Shown here in pieces: positions 12,768 through 23,712 of a stretch of DNA of 64,000 bases (positions are counted from its first letter, which is position 1; every line of letters begins with the position of its first letter). The position numbers were made by a program, and so were the translations under genes. The stretch covers positions 94,738,001 through 94,802,000 of the forward strand of contig NC_045696.1 in NCBI RefSeq assembly GCF_009834535.1. The letters run 5' to 3'. The stretch comes from Camelus ferus. Taxonomy: Eukaryota. The notes below the pieces were generated by a model. The model was not told the DNA's origin and made no database searches. It was given only the letters and a program-made list of their open reading frames with translations.

Positions 12768-12805
12768 CTTCTCTCCAAATCCCCCAGCTTCTGCTCCCCA
12801 GCCAT
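12768..12805 (-). pseudogene. First coding exon remnant E1
   Basis: AAAATGG strong Kozak context at 12805, MAGEQKLGDLER, then consensus donor AAG|GTGAGT. Confidence 0.65.
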
Positions 12806-12838
12806 TTTTTTGTTCAACCTGCTCCAGCTGTTATTGCT

Positions 12839-12942
12839 GTTGCTATAACACACACCAAGTGAGATTTGCCTTTATGGTTACCATGGAAACACTGCTTATT
12901 TAAAAAAAAAGTCTTTCTCTTCTGAAAAGAATTATGACGTTA
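12839..12942 (-). promoter_or_regulatory. RFX-type (ciliary/testis) promoter
   Basis: X-box GTTACCATGGAAAC at 12877-12890, RFX half-site GTTGCTA at 12839, CRE-like TGACGTTA at 12935; AP-1 TGAGTCA twice and ETS CTTCCGG just past the exon 1 donor. Confidence 0.65.
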
Positions 12943-13649
12943 CTGCGTTCACCCAGGTCTGTAAGCAAGTTTCCGACATTCTGGAATTACATAAGTAGCT
13001 CTGCAAAATTAACTTCTGGCACCTACTGTCTACGTAAGTGACCTTGTACTGTTTCACAAGGTATACACTATTTCCCCAAAGTTGTGACCACATCCCCCTG
13101 GCCACAGGGAACTAAATGTAATATTTGAAACAGCTAACAATTCTCCCCTCTCCTTCACCACTGTCCTCCCAATTTTAAAATCTGTAACAGTTACATCTCT
13201 CCCAGCTCTATCCTCCATTAAAACTTACGGTCAGATACACTTTGTAAATTTATCAAATACCATGCAGTTGTACTTGGCATGATCCAGCTGAGAAATGTAT
13301 ATTGTCTTACACTAAGTGTTGTGTCATTATACTCACACAGTCACCTCCACTAGATTATGAATGAATAAAGGGCAACATCACACTGTCCTGTGCTAACTTG
13401 ACATTCCTCTCTTCTCTCCCTCTTTTTTGCCTAACTTAGGGCTGGACAGCAAATCACTCCATTGACACATGGTTATTAAGCTCCTACTGCGTGCCTAATA
13501 CATTCTAGGAGCTGCAGATACAGCAGTAAATCAGACAAATCTCTGGGTGTTAGTTACAACTGGAGAAAAGTTGATTTACTTTAGGTATAAGTAATCTTTT
13601 ACTTTCGCCCTTTAAAAATATTTCTTTATTTAAATTTTTAAAAATTAAA

Positions 13650-14165
13650 ACAATTTAAATTGAAGTATAGTTGATTTACAATGTTTCAGGTATACAGCAA
13701 ATTATTCAATTATATATGTATATATTTTCTTTTTCAGATTCTTTTCCATTGTAAGTTATTACAAGATATTGAACACAGTTCTCTGTGCTATACAGTATGT
13801 CCTTGCTGTTTATCTATTTTATGATTAGTAGTGTGTATCTGTTAATCCCAAATTCCCAGTTTATCCTTCCCCCTACCTTTTCCCCTTTGGTAACCATAAA
13901 TTTGTTTTCTGTCTGTGAGTCTGCTTCTGTTTTGTAAATTAGTTCATTTGTATCTTTTTTTTTAGATTCCACATATAAGAGGTATCATATGATATTTCTC
14001 TCTCTCTCTGACTTCACTTAATATGATAATCTCTAGGTCCATACATATTGCCTCAAATGGTGTTGCTTTTCTTTTTTATGGCTGAGTAATAGTCTATTAT
14101 GTATCTATATCTGTATCTATATCTATCACAACTTCTTTATCCATTCATCTATTGATGAACATTAA
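13650..14165 (-). mobile_element. Truncated LINE-1 3' end
   Basis: AATTGAAGTATAGTTGATTTACAATG...AGATTCCACATATAAG...GGTTGCTTCCATATCTTG. Confidence 0.9.
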
Positions 14166-14779
14166 GGTTGCTTCCATATCTTGTACTTTTGACCTTTTTG
14201 GTTAAAAAAAACATAAAAATTCTTTTTGTTGGTACTGTCCATCATGGAGACCTTTTGTCTGTTATACTCTGAATCATAAAAATGACAGTTATAATATATA
14301 GAGAAAAGTTAAAAGATACAGTATTGCTCAGAAACAATATAAGTGACTTTGGTGGAAAGGTAGTGAGATGGAAGTTGGCCAACTGAGCTCTGGGAACAGA
14401 GCCTGGAGAGATGGCTGTAATTTTGGCTCCTGCAGTCTAAGAAGAACAAGGGACCCAGGCCATTGCTTGAAATAAAGGTCTGGGGTAGGGTGCACCAGCC
14501 TGATAAGGGAAGAAAAAAATTTTTTGATCAACAACTAGGGTTACAGCTTGTATAACATTGCTAACGAGGATGAGGGAGGAAGTAAAAACTGCCTTGCACC
14601 CAGGACTTGTGCTAAGGTGCCCACTGGCACAGTGCCTGAACCTGCATTTGCCTCAAGTATCATCCCTGAGTAAGCTCAGAGTCACCTGCACATGACCTTG
14701 TTCTGGATTGGTATCTCAGTGGTCCAGGCAGGTGCCTGGAGAGGTAAATATGAAGAAAGAACATAAAAAACAAGCAAAG

Positions 14780-15420
14780 AACATGAGAGTAAAAAAACTT
14801 CCCAACAAAATGAGCTTGAAAATCACATTCCAAAGTACGGCAGAATTATTATAACTGAAAAGATAACCAAGAAAATTAAAGATTGGGATATATAATGACT
14901 GGATGAAATGAAAATAATAGAGCAGTCTGAAAAATTAAAACAAGTGTGTTTGAGATTTTAACAAGATTTTGCAGAGACATAAAAGAAAGAATTAACAATC
15001 TTGAGAATGTATACATTATGAGAAGCCAAAGCAGTAGCATATGAAAAAGAATCAAGTGAAAACTTTGGAAATGAAAAATGTTATTATAGAAAAAAATAAC
15101 ACAATTAACTCAAGACTAAATGCAGTTGAAGAGAAAATTTTAAAATAATAGGAAAAAGGTACTAAGACATATACACAGAACTGAGCCCTAGGAGGTAAGA
15201 CATTGAAAAATATATATGAAATAGCAGTTAGACATGGATACATTATAGAAAGACTCCAAAACTGTTTACCAGGAGTTTTTGAAAAAGGCAATACAAGAAA
15301 TAGCTGAGAAGCAATAGTTAAGGATAGTTTTGGATTGTATAGAACTGAAAAGGAATAAAATTTCGTATTGAAACACCACATAGCACATAGAAGGATATAT
15401 TTAAAAATAGACTTATTGTT
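14780..15420 (+). mobile_element. Degenerate ancient L1/HAL1 ORF1-region fragment
   Basis: A-rich sequence resembling the L1 ORF1 coiled-coil region (AAAAGAATCAAGTGAAAACTTTGGAAATGAAAAA...GCAGTTGAAGAGAAAATT). Confidence 0.5.
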
Positions 15421-17518
15421 TACTCCAGTGAGAAGATTCCCCAATAAGTCTTTTGTCCATTGGGAAAATGTAAACTTTAAAGGATGCTGATGAAACAGTG
15501 AATTTAATTTATTACTTTAGCCACACGTATATTTAAATTACATTTTATCTAAATGGAGTAGTTTAAAAATATTGTTCCTCCCCAGTCACACTTAAAAAAA
15601 TTCAGCCTCTTCAGATGCACCTTTGACATAAGTGTTTTTGTCATTAGCATTTTTAACTCATCATGGCAGCATCACTTATAGCTCAGTTGTTTTGAGAAAC
15701 AGCAATATGGGATTGTACGTGTGATGTAGACACTGGAGGTTGCCATTCACACACATTAGTACAGTTTTATTTTTATTTTTATTCTTCCTCTAGGTTTATA
15801 TGCCTAATCTTTATAGTGTAATAACCTTTACTGCTTTTCAAAGTAATCTTTAAAAGCATTATTTATAATGGTCTTCAACCCTTGCAGACATAATGTCAGA
15901 ACCCAGGAATAAATACTGAAATTGTTTTCTTTGCCTTCTTTTATCCTAATTTTAACAGATGATCTCTGTAAACACCCAAGCTAGCACTGATTTTAGAGAA
16001 AGATGGTAGGGCCATTTTTGTCTAATATTGTGATTCTACGCAGTATTTTATGGCTTATGAAAGTAACGCATAACATGAGAGCCTGTGTAAGGACTCGGAT
16101 GTATACGATTATTTTCTTTTCTAGAAATTTTTGGGGAAAAAATTTACCTTATATTTGGGTTATATAGGCTTTTTTTGACCTCTTACTACATATCAGGTGT
16201 TGGTGCTGGGTATGCAGCAGTGAACAAGACAGATAATGGTCCTAATCTCCCAGAGTCCACATTCTAGAAACAATGAGCATACAAGTAAGGAAATGTCAGG
16301 TAGTGATGAATGATATACAGAAAATTAAAAATATTTTCAAGAAGTTGGATGAAGTTTACAAGGGTCTAGAGGGCTGCCAAGGAATCTCAAAAGCAGATTG
16401 AAGGGCCTGTGAGGCAAAGAGATCTCGAGCCTCATTTATGGACCTACCCCAGGTCGAGGATTGCCACATCCTGAATCTAAGTCCAGTAATTTCCCTTTAC
16501 ACCATTCATCTTTTTCTTTAAAAATTTTGACCTCACTTAAAAAATGTATGCTACAGAAAGACATTATAAATCCAGATAAAGTAGGAAGGAGAAGAAAATT
16601 ACAGAAAATCAAAAGTAAACAAAGCAAATCTAAACACCTCTGATTTACTGGGAGGCAGAAGGGGCTTCAGTATCTATACATGCCTAGTCTTGGTCATGCT
16701 TAGAATTTTTTGGCCACTTGAAACCTGCCCAACGGGAGGATATGTTACTTTTGTTTCCCGCCCTCCTTCTCTCCCTCACTTTCTCTCACTCTCTCTCTTT
16801 CATTTCTGTGTTTTCTAAAATAAGCATGTATTGCTTATATAATCTGACGGAAAAAACATGCTTTTAAATTGGAACTATTAGCTTTCACTTAATATTTCAG
16901 ACATCTTTTTCTTTTTTATTTGAAGTGATTGAAGTGATATTTTTAAACATTAAATCTGAAACCTCTATAAATACATTCCAATGAGTATGCTGCCTTGTTG
17001 ATTTTACGTCAATTAGTATGTAACAATATGAGAATACATTGAATGTAACTCAGAAAAACTGATTTAAAATGGCTTCTGACAGAAGGAAGGTTTGCCTATC
17101 TGCAAAAGCTTCTTAAGAAGGTAAAGTGTACTCTATTCATTCACTGCTTTCAATTGAGCGAAGCCCAAGCCATTTACCACCAGGTACTCTTTCATGAGAT
17201 ATATATATATCATACACACACACACACACACACACATATATAACTGAAGTGTGGCTGATGTACAGTATTATATGTTACAGGTGTACAATATAGTGATTCA
17301 TAATTTTTAAAGGTTATACTACATTTATAGTTAAAAAATATTGGCTACATTCCCTGTGCTGTACAATATATCCTCATAGTTTATTTTATACCTTTTAGTC
17401 CCCTACACCTATATTTCCCCTTCCCTCTTTCTTCTCTCCACTGGTAACCACTAATTCGTTCTCTTTATCTGTGAGTCTGCTTCTTTTTTGTTACATCCAC
17501 TAATTTGTTGTATTTTCT

Positions 17519-18756
17519 ATTTTAAATTTTCGTTTTTCTTTTTGATGTTTGATTTACAATGTTGTATTGGTTTCTGGTGTACAGCACAGTGATACAGTTA
17601 TACACACACACACACACACACACACACATTCTTTTTCCCATTCTTTTTCATTATAGCTTACTACAAGCCATTGAATATAGTTCCCTGTGCTATACAGTAG
17701 GACCTTGTTTATCTATTCTGTACACAGTAGTTTGTATCTGCTAATCTCAAACTCTCAATTTATCCCTCCCTCCTTCCTTCCCCCGCAGTAACCATAAGTT
17801 TGTTTTCTATATCTATGAGTCTCTATTTTGTAAATAAATTCATTTGCATCATTTTTTTGATTCCACATACGATATCATATGATGTTCATCTTTCTCTGAC
17901 TGACTTATTTCACTTAGTATGATAATCTCCAGGGCCATCCATGTTGCTGCAAATGACATTACTTCCTTCCTTTTTATGGCTGAGTAGTGTTCCATTGTGT
18001 GTGTGTATATATATGCCACATTTTCTTTATCCATTTATCTGCTGATGGACATTTAGGTTGCTTCCATGCCTTGGCTATTATAAAAAGTGCCACTATGAAC
18101 ACTGGGGTGCATGTGGTTTTTGTTTTTTTTTTTTTTTAATTAGAGTTTTCTCCGATATACGCCCAGCAGTGAGGTTGCTGAATCATACGGCAAATCTATT
18201 TTTAGTTTCTTAAGACCTCCATACTCTCCTCCACAGTGGCTGCACCAGTTTACATTCCCATCAACAGTGTAGGAGGGTTCCTTTTTCTCCACACCTTCTC
18301 CAGCATTTATTTGTAGACTTTTTGTTGATGGTCATTCTTACTGGTGTCAGGTGATACCTCAGGGTAGTTTTGATTTGCATTTCTTTAACAATTAGTGATG
18401 CTGAGCATCCTTTCATGTGCCTGTTGGCCATCTGTATATCTTCTTTGGAGAAATGACTATTTAGATCATTTGCCCATTTTTGATCAGGTTGTTTGTTTTT
18501 TAGATATTTAGTTGTATGAGCTGCTTGTATATTTTGGAGATTAATTCCTTGTTGGTTGCATTATTTGCAAATATTTTCTCCCATTCCACAGGTGGTCTTT
18601 TTGTTTTGTTTACAGTTTCCTTCGCTGTGCAAAACTCTTAAGTTTAATTAGGTCCCATTTGTTTATTTTTGTTTTTATTTCCATTACTCTAGGAGATGGA
18701 TCCAAAAAAAACGGCTGAAATTTATCAGAATGCTCTGCCTATGTTTTCCTCTAGGA
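17519..18756 (-). mobile_element. Nested younger 5'-truncated LINE-1
   Basis: Own T-rich tail and 3' UTR with (CA)n; flanked by TSD GTTGTATTTT at 17507-17516 and 18757-18766. Confidence 0.88.
17601..17628. repeat. (CA)n microsatellite
   Basis: Uninterrupted CA run inside the nested L1 3' UTR. Confidence 0.95.
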
Positions 18757-19863
18757 GTTGTATTTTTTTAGATTCCACATATAAGTGGTTTCATACAGTA
18801 TTTGTCTTTCTCTGTTTGACTTATTTCATTTAGCATAGCATCCTCCAAGTCCATTTATGTTGTTGCAAATGGTAAAATTCCATTTTTCATAGCTGAGTAG
18901 TATACACACACACACTCCTATATATATCACATCATATATATATACACATATATATATCTCACTTATATATATATTCTTTATCCATTCATCTGTTGATGGA
19001 CATTTAGGTTGCTTCCATATCTTGGCAATTGCAAATAATGCAGCTATGAACATTGGGGTGCATGTATTTTTTCAAACATTGTTTTTATTTTTTTTTGGAT
19101 ATAGATCCAGGAGTGGAATTGCTTGTTCATACGGTAGTTCTATTTTTAGTTTTTTGAGGAAACTCTGTACTATTTTCCACAGTGGCTACACCAATTTACA
19201 TTCCCACCAACAATGTACAAGACTTTCCTTTTATATTAAAATATTTTATATTATCAGATTGATCACAGTATGTTGAATTACTAATGTTATGAGATAATTC
19301 CTAGCTCCTCAAAAGAGATACTCTTCTTGAAACTCATTTAATGTAAAAAATATACATTACCCTTCTAACATTATTACTTTTGAGTACTTGAAAGAATCCA
19401 ATAAAAATACTGCTAGATAATAGATTCATAATTATCTCAGATAAAAATCTTTCCTTTACTTCCCTGTCCTCACATTATCCTGTTTCAGATAACAGAGATA
19501 CTCAGAGCAATTTTCACTCTTTATAAGGTCAAAGTGTTTTTTGCTTGGACAATTTTTCTGATGTAATTGATACTGATTCATTAACTTCTCAATTTCTTCT
19601 GCACAGTCAAATCACATTAGGTTTTAGAATTGCCATTTTTTTCCCCTACATGTGGATATTCTCAAAAGACATGTGTATTATATCCTTTAACTGTAATTTC
19701 ATTTGTCCTGGTGCACTGTAGACTTTCACATATTAACATTTAATTGGGTTGTTAAGGTCATTTGAGAATTTCTCATAATATTTATAAAAAATAAAATCTT
19801 ACTCTGTAATCAAATGCACCCTTTAAAAGTATCTAAAATTAAAAGAGTGAAAAAAGAAGTTTT

Positions 19864-19956
19864 TAGTATAAACAACAAGTTTTTATTGTATAGCACAGAG
19901 AACCATAGTCAGTATCTTGTAGTAACTTATGGTGAAAAACAATATGAAAATGAAAA
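19864..19956 (+). mobile_element. Tiny retroposed L1 3' UTR fragment
   Basis: Matches the L1 3' UTR seen at about 57480-57565; perfect 14-bp TSD AAAAAAGAAGTTTT at 19850-19863 and 19957-19970. Confidence 0.85.
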
Positions 19957-20484
19957 AAAAAAGAAGTTTTCGTTCAGCTCCAAAAGTACATAATTCAGTA
20001 AAATAATCTTTTTAGGGCTTAAAATTTTTTTCAATAGTGGGATATCAGATTGCATCAGCATCAAACAGCTGATAGGTGTTTTTAACTGCTTGTGAAAAGT
20101 ATGTGTTACATCATCCAGTAAGGATACATTATAAAGAGATTTACGGAAAAATGTCTAAAGAACAGTTTAGGTCACGACAAGTCTTAAAGGCATTTCTCTA
20201 TTACATACCACACACACCACACACACCACACACACACACACACATACACCTGTTGTGTACTGCCTGGAGGAGGTCCACACAGCTGCTGGGGTGGGTGGAA
20301 TAGGACAGCTGACTGTCTAACACAACAGCCGGTGGTGGAAGGAGACACATTGGCAACGATGCAGGTGAAGAATCCAGTTCTTCTTGCCAAGCTTTCTCCA
20401 GAAAATAGTGGCAACAGCTCCAAATATGTCCCACTTGAACTTTATGAAAAAGGTGAATATGGGGAGAGAATCCCAAGCTTGAAC

Positions 20485-20603
20485 TGGGACGCAAAATTTA
20501 AGGTGACGCTCAGTATTGGGTCCTGACCCTGCACCTGAATGACCCTGAGAGTGAATGCCACCTTAAATTTTGTGCCTCCACTGAATCAACCTAGTCCCTG
20601 CCA
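20485..20603. mobile_element. Palindromic hAT MITE (MER96-like)
   Basis: Inverted arms GCAAAATTTAAGGTG / CACCTTAAATTTTGT and terminal CCTAGTCCCTGCC. Confidence 0.7.
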
Positions 20604-21431
20604 ACTGTGTTCCATAATTTTTAGCGTCTCTGTATTATAAGCCACCTATAACCAGGTATAAGTCAAGTGACAAGAAAATCCCATTGAGATAGCAAATATA
20701 ATTTTCTTCCATTGATGCGTCTGGGAGATACTTGATGATGGGCTGAGAATAAGAACCTAGCTGAGAGTTCTGAATATCAAGGCTCTTTTAGGTTAATTAA
20801 CATAAACATGTTTCAAACATACATATTTTAACTGCACACAAACTCACTCCCGAGAGCAAAAGAGAACTGTCCAACCTGATCAAACTATGTATTCGACCCT
20901 CTTGCTTGTTCTTTGTTCTAGACTTATGCCCTCAACTCATCCCAGCTAGGCTGCTTTTCTATGTCATTGACTTAATCTCTAGTTAAAAAGAATTCTCTCT
21001 CTATCTGCAGTTACTCAGAGTTAGCCTCTAAGTAATGTCTGTCTATGGTTACACTACCTGTGCTCAGAATTACACAAAGCTTAATGAAGAAATTTCTGCT
21101 CCAGGCATTATTAACAAAATGCTCACCCTAGCTGCTTGTTCTCCTGAAATGATGTCTCTGGGTTTGTGCCGTATACCAGATCTCTGGGTGGTCCTTTATC
21201 AAGAATATCTCATCCTGTTCTGGATTTTGGCAGAACACCTTCCAGATTTGTTGTAACCTGAGGAACTCTTCCACTGCAGAAACAACTGTACTCTCTGTTG
21301 CTTCCTGAGTTACACTACAGAGAACCCGGTAGTTGGAGGTCTAATATTTAACCATTTCATGTTCATTATCACATTGACTTTCTGTACTACACATGCCTTT
21401 TTCTGTTCAAGTTCTGCAAAAAATGAATGAG

Positions 21432-22065
21432 ATTTGATTTTCTCTGATGATTAGTAATGTTTAGCATCTTTTCATGTGCCTGTTGGCCATCTGCATTCCC
21501 TCTTCAGAAAAATGTCTATTCAGTTCTTCTGCCCATTTTTTAATTGGGTTTTTTTTTTCTGTTGAGTTGTATGAGCTGTTTATATATATTGGATATTAAT
21601 TCCTTATCAGCTAAATCATTTACATATATTTTCCCCCATTCAGTAGGTTGTCTTTTTGTTTTGTCAATGGTTTCCTTTGGTGTGCAAAAGCTTTTAAGTT
21701 TAATTTGTTTATTTTTGCTTTTATTTCCTTTGCTTTATGATATCACTTATATGTGGAATGTAAAAATATAATGAACTAGTGAATATAACAGAAAAGAAGC
21801 AGACTGACAGATATAGAGAACAAACCAGTGGTGACCAGTGGGAAGAGGGAAGCGGGGAGGGACAATATAGGGGTAGGAGAGTAACAGGTACAAACTATTA
21901 TGTATAAAATAAGTTACAAGGATATATTTGACAACACAGGGAGTATAGCCAATATTTTATAATAACTATAAGTGGAGTAGAACCTTTAAAAATTGTGAAT
22001 CACTATACTGTACACCTGTAACTTATATAATACTACACAGCAACTATACTTCAATTTAAAAAAAC
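21432..22065 (+). mobile_element. LINE-1 with 5' inversion (twin priming)
   Basis: Antisense ORF2 piece at 21432-21736 joined directly to the sense 3' end at 21737-22065, ending in an A tail. Confidence 0.8.
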
Positions 22066-22973
22066 GAGAGTCCTAGAAGTATACAGGTGGAAGAATCCTT
22101 TACCTCATTTATGCTTCTGACCATCGGATTCTAAAGTCTTGTTTAATGATGTCACAGCCAAGTTAGCCCCCAATCTACGAATCATTTATCCAGTTATAAG
22201 ATGAAGTCTCTCCCACCTCCCTTTTCCTCTAGATGCACTTACCCTTCCTGCCCTGATTCAGAGCCTTAAGGCAGGGGTCCCAATCTCAAACACACTGAGT
22301 TCAGCCAGAATGTGTGAATGAATGAAGCTGACAAGTGAAAGAGAAGAGGGAAGAACGGTGGTAAACGCCATGGGCCTTTGCCAGAGGTCCTGTATGAACC
22401 CCAAGTTCAAGTCCCAGATGTAAATAAGATAGCATATTCCACTCATATAAAATACACATTCAAATACATGTTGCTTACACACGTGTGTATGGATGTGTGT
22501 GTCTGAGTTTGTGTTGTGTTCCAATTCCTACTCAGAAGGGGGCTTCACTCATGTAAAAGTATTATATATTATGAAATTTGCACGGAAAACGATGTCTCTT
22601 AAGAAATGAAAATTGGGGGCCAGAGAGAAATCTTTTCACAGTTGATGTAGGAGTCCGTGCTGGAGCTCAGCTGAGGAAGTATAAGCCAGCAGTTCCCAGG
22701 AAGAGAGGATCAGCAGCACTCCAGTTTCTAGGAGAAGCAAAATGCTAAAAATAAACTCCCAGCAGTAAGCCTGGGAGAAAGACTTAACAGCAGTGTCAGA
22801 ATCTCACTCACGCTTTCCAGGGAGATCAATGAGAAAACATCTTTTCTCACAATTAATGGTTGTAGCATTTCCAACGGAAAAAACTCCAGGGTAAACAGGA
22901 GTGGCATCGAAGCAGAACTCAGAGCAAATGCACTGAAGGTTTGGCTGCACCTGTATCTTTCCACATTCATTCT

Positions 22974-23130
22974 TTTTTTTTTTCTTTTTTAAAATTATTT
23001 TATTTTATTATTTTTTTGGTGGGGGGAGGTAAACAGGTTTATTAATTTTGGGAGGAGGTACTAGGGATTGAACCCAAGATCCTGTGTATGCTAAGCATGC
23101 ACTCTACCACTTGAGCTATACCCATCCCCC
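22974..23130 (-). mobile_element. vic-1-type SINE
   Basis: tRNA-like head and AT-rich tail; TSD TCCA(C/T)ATTCAT at 22960 and 23131. Confidence 0.92.
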
Positions 23131-23694
23131 TCCATATTCATACTTAAATCAGTTTGTCTGAAGCACTAGGAACCTTGAACTATAAAAGCAAATGCCGTAA
23201 AAAGCATCATGGAAAGTTTGTAAGTTTCATTTGTTTTGAAAAGTGAAACTCAAAAATTGAAGAGTCCTGAAATCAATCTTCTAAATGAAAACTTGAAAAA
23301 AAATCAGTCCTTTATTCTGGTATTCCCTAATAATCAGATTTTTGGTATTATTTATAAAAATGCTAGATAGTATACAAACTTAAATGAACAAGAAACAAAG
23401 ATGTAATTTCAGACAGCAACAACAATATAGTAAAATGATATGACTGAGCGAATATCAACCATGATGAAACTGTATCTGAATATAAATTCTTACATATATG
23501 TATTCCTCAATTAAAATGATTCCTACCTTTAGCAAGGACACAGGAATAAAAACATGAAATGATGAAGAGCTTGTTTTTACAGTGTTATGATTCTTTGTAA
23601 AACAAACAAAATCACAGTTGTTCTCACGGTATTTCTTGAAAAACAACTTTTTCAGAAAGGTGATTTAATACTTCGTAAATAATAGAGATGGTCT

Positions 23695-23712
23695 GGAGCC
23701 ACCTTGTGGCAA
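23695..23712 (-). promoter_or_regulatory. CTCF motif
   Basis: Minus strand TTGCCACAAGGTGGCTCC is a strong match to the CTCF core and lies in unique sequence. Confidence 0.55.

Larger units (their letters stand above)
170..12890 (-). pseudogene. Decayed multi-exon gene (probable unitary pseudogene or derived lncRNA) with SAXO/TEX45-like repeated motifs and an RFX promoter
   Basis: Collinear exon candidates 12805-12768, 10844-10791, 8211-8156, 7505-7247, 4912-4840, 4302-4180, 3873-3821, 1522-1305 and 310-211, with AG acceptors and mostly GT donors; X-box upstream, ATTAAA downstream; stops and frameshifts throughout. Confidence 0.62.
17240..19230 (-). mobile_element. LINE-1 3' fragment interrupted by a younger nested L1
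   Basis: Outer element 17240-17518 resumes at 18757-19230 (ORF2 remnant [26 protein letters not shown]). Confidence 0.88.
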
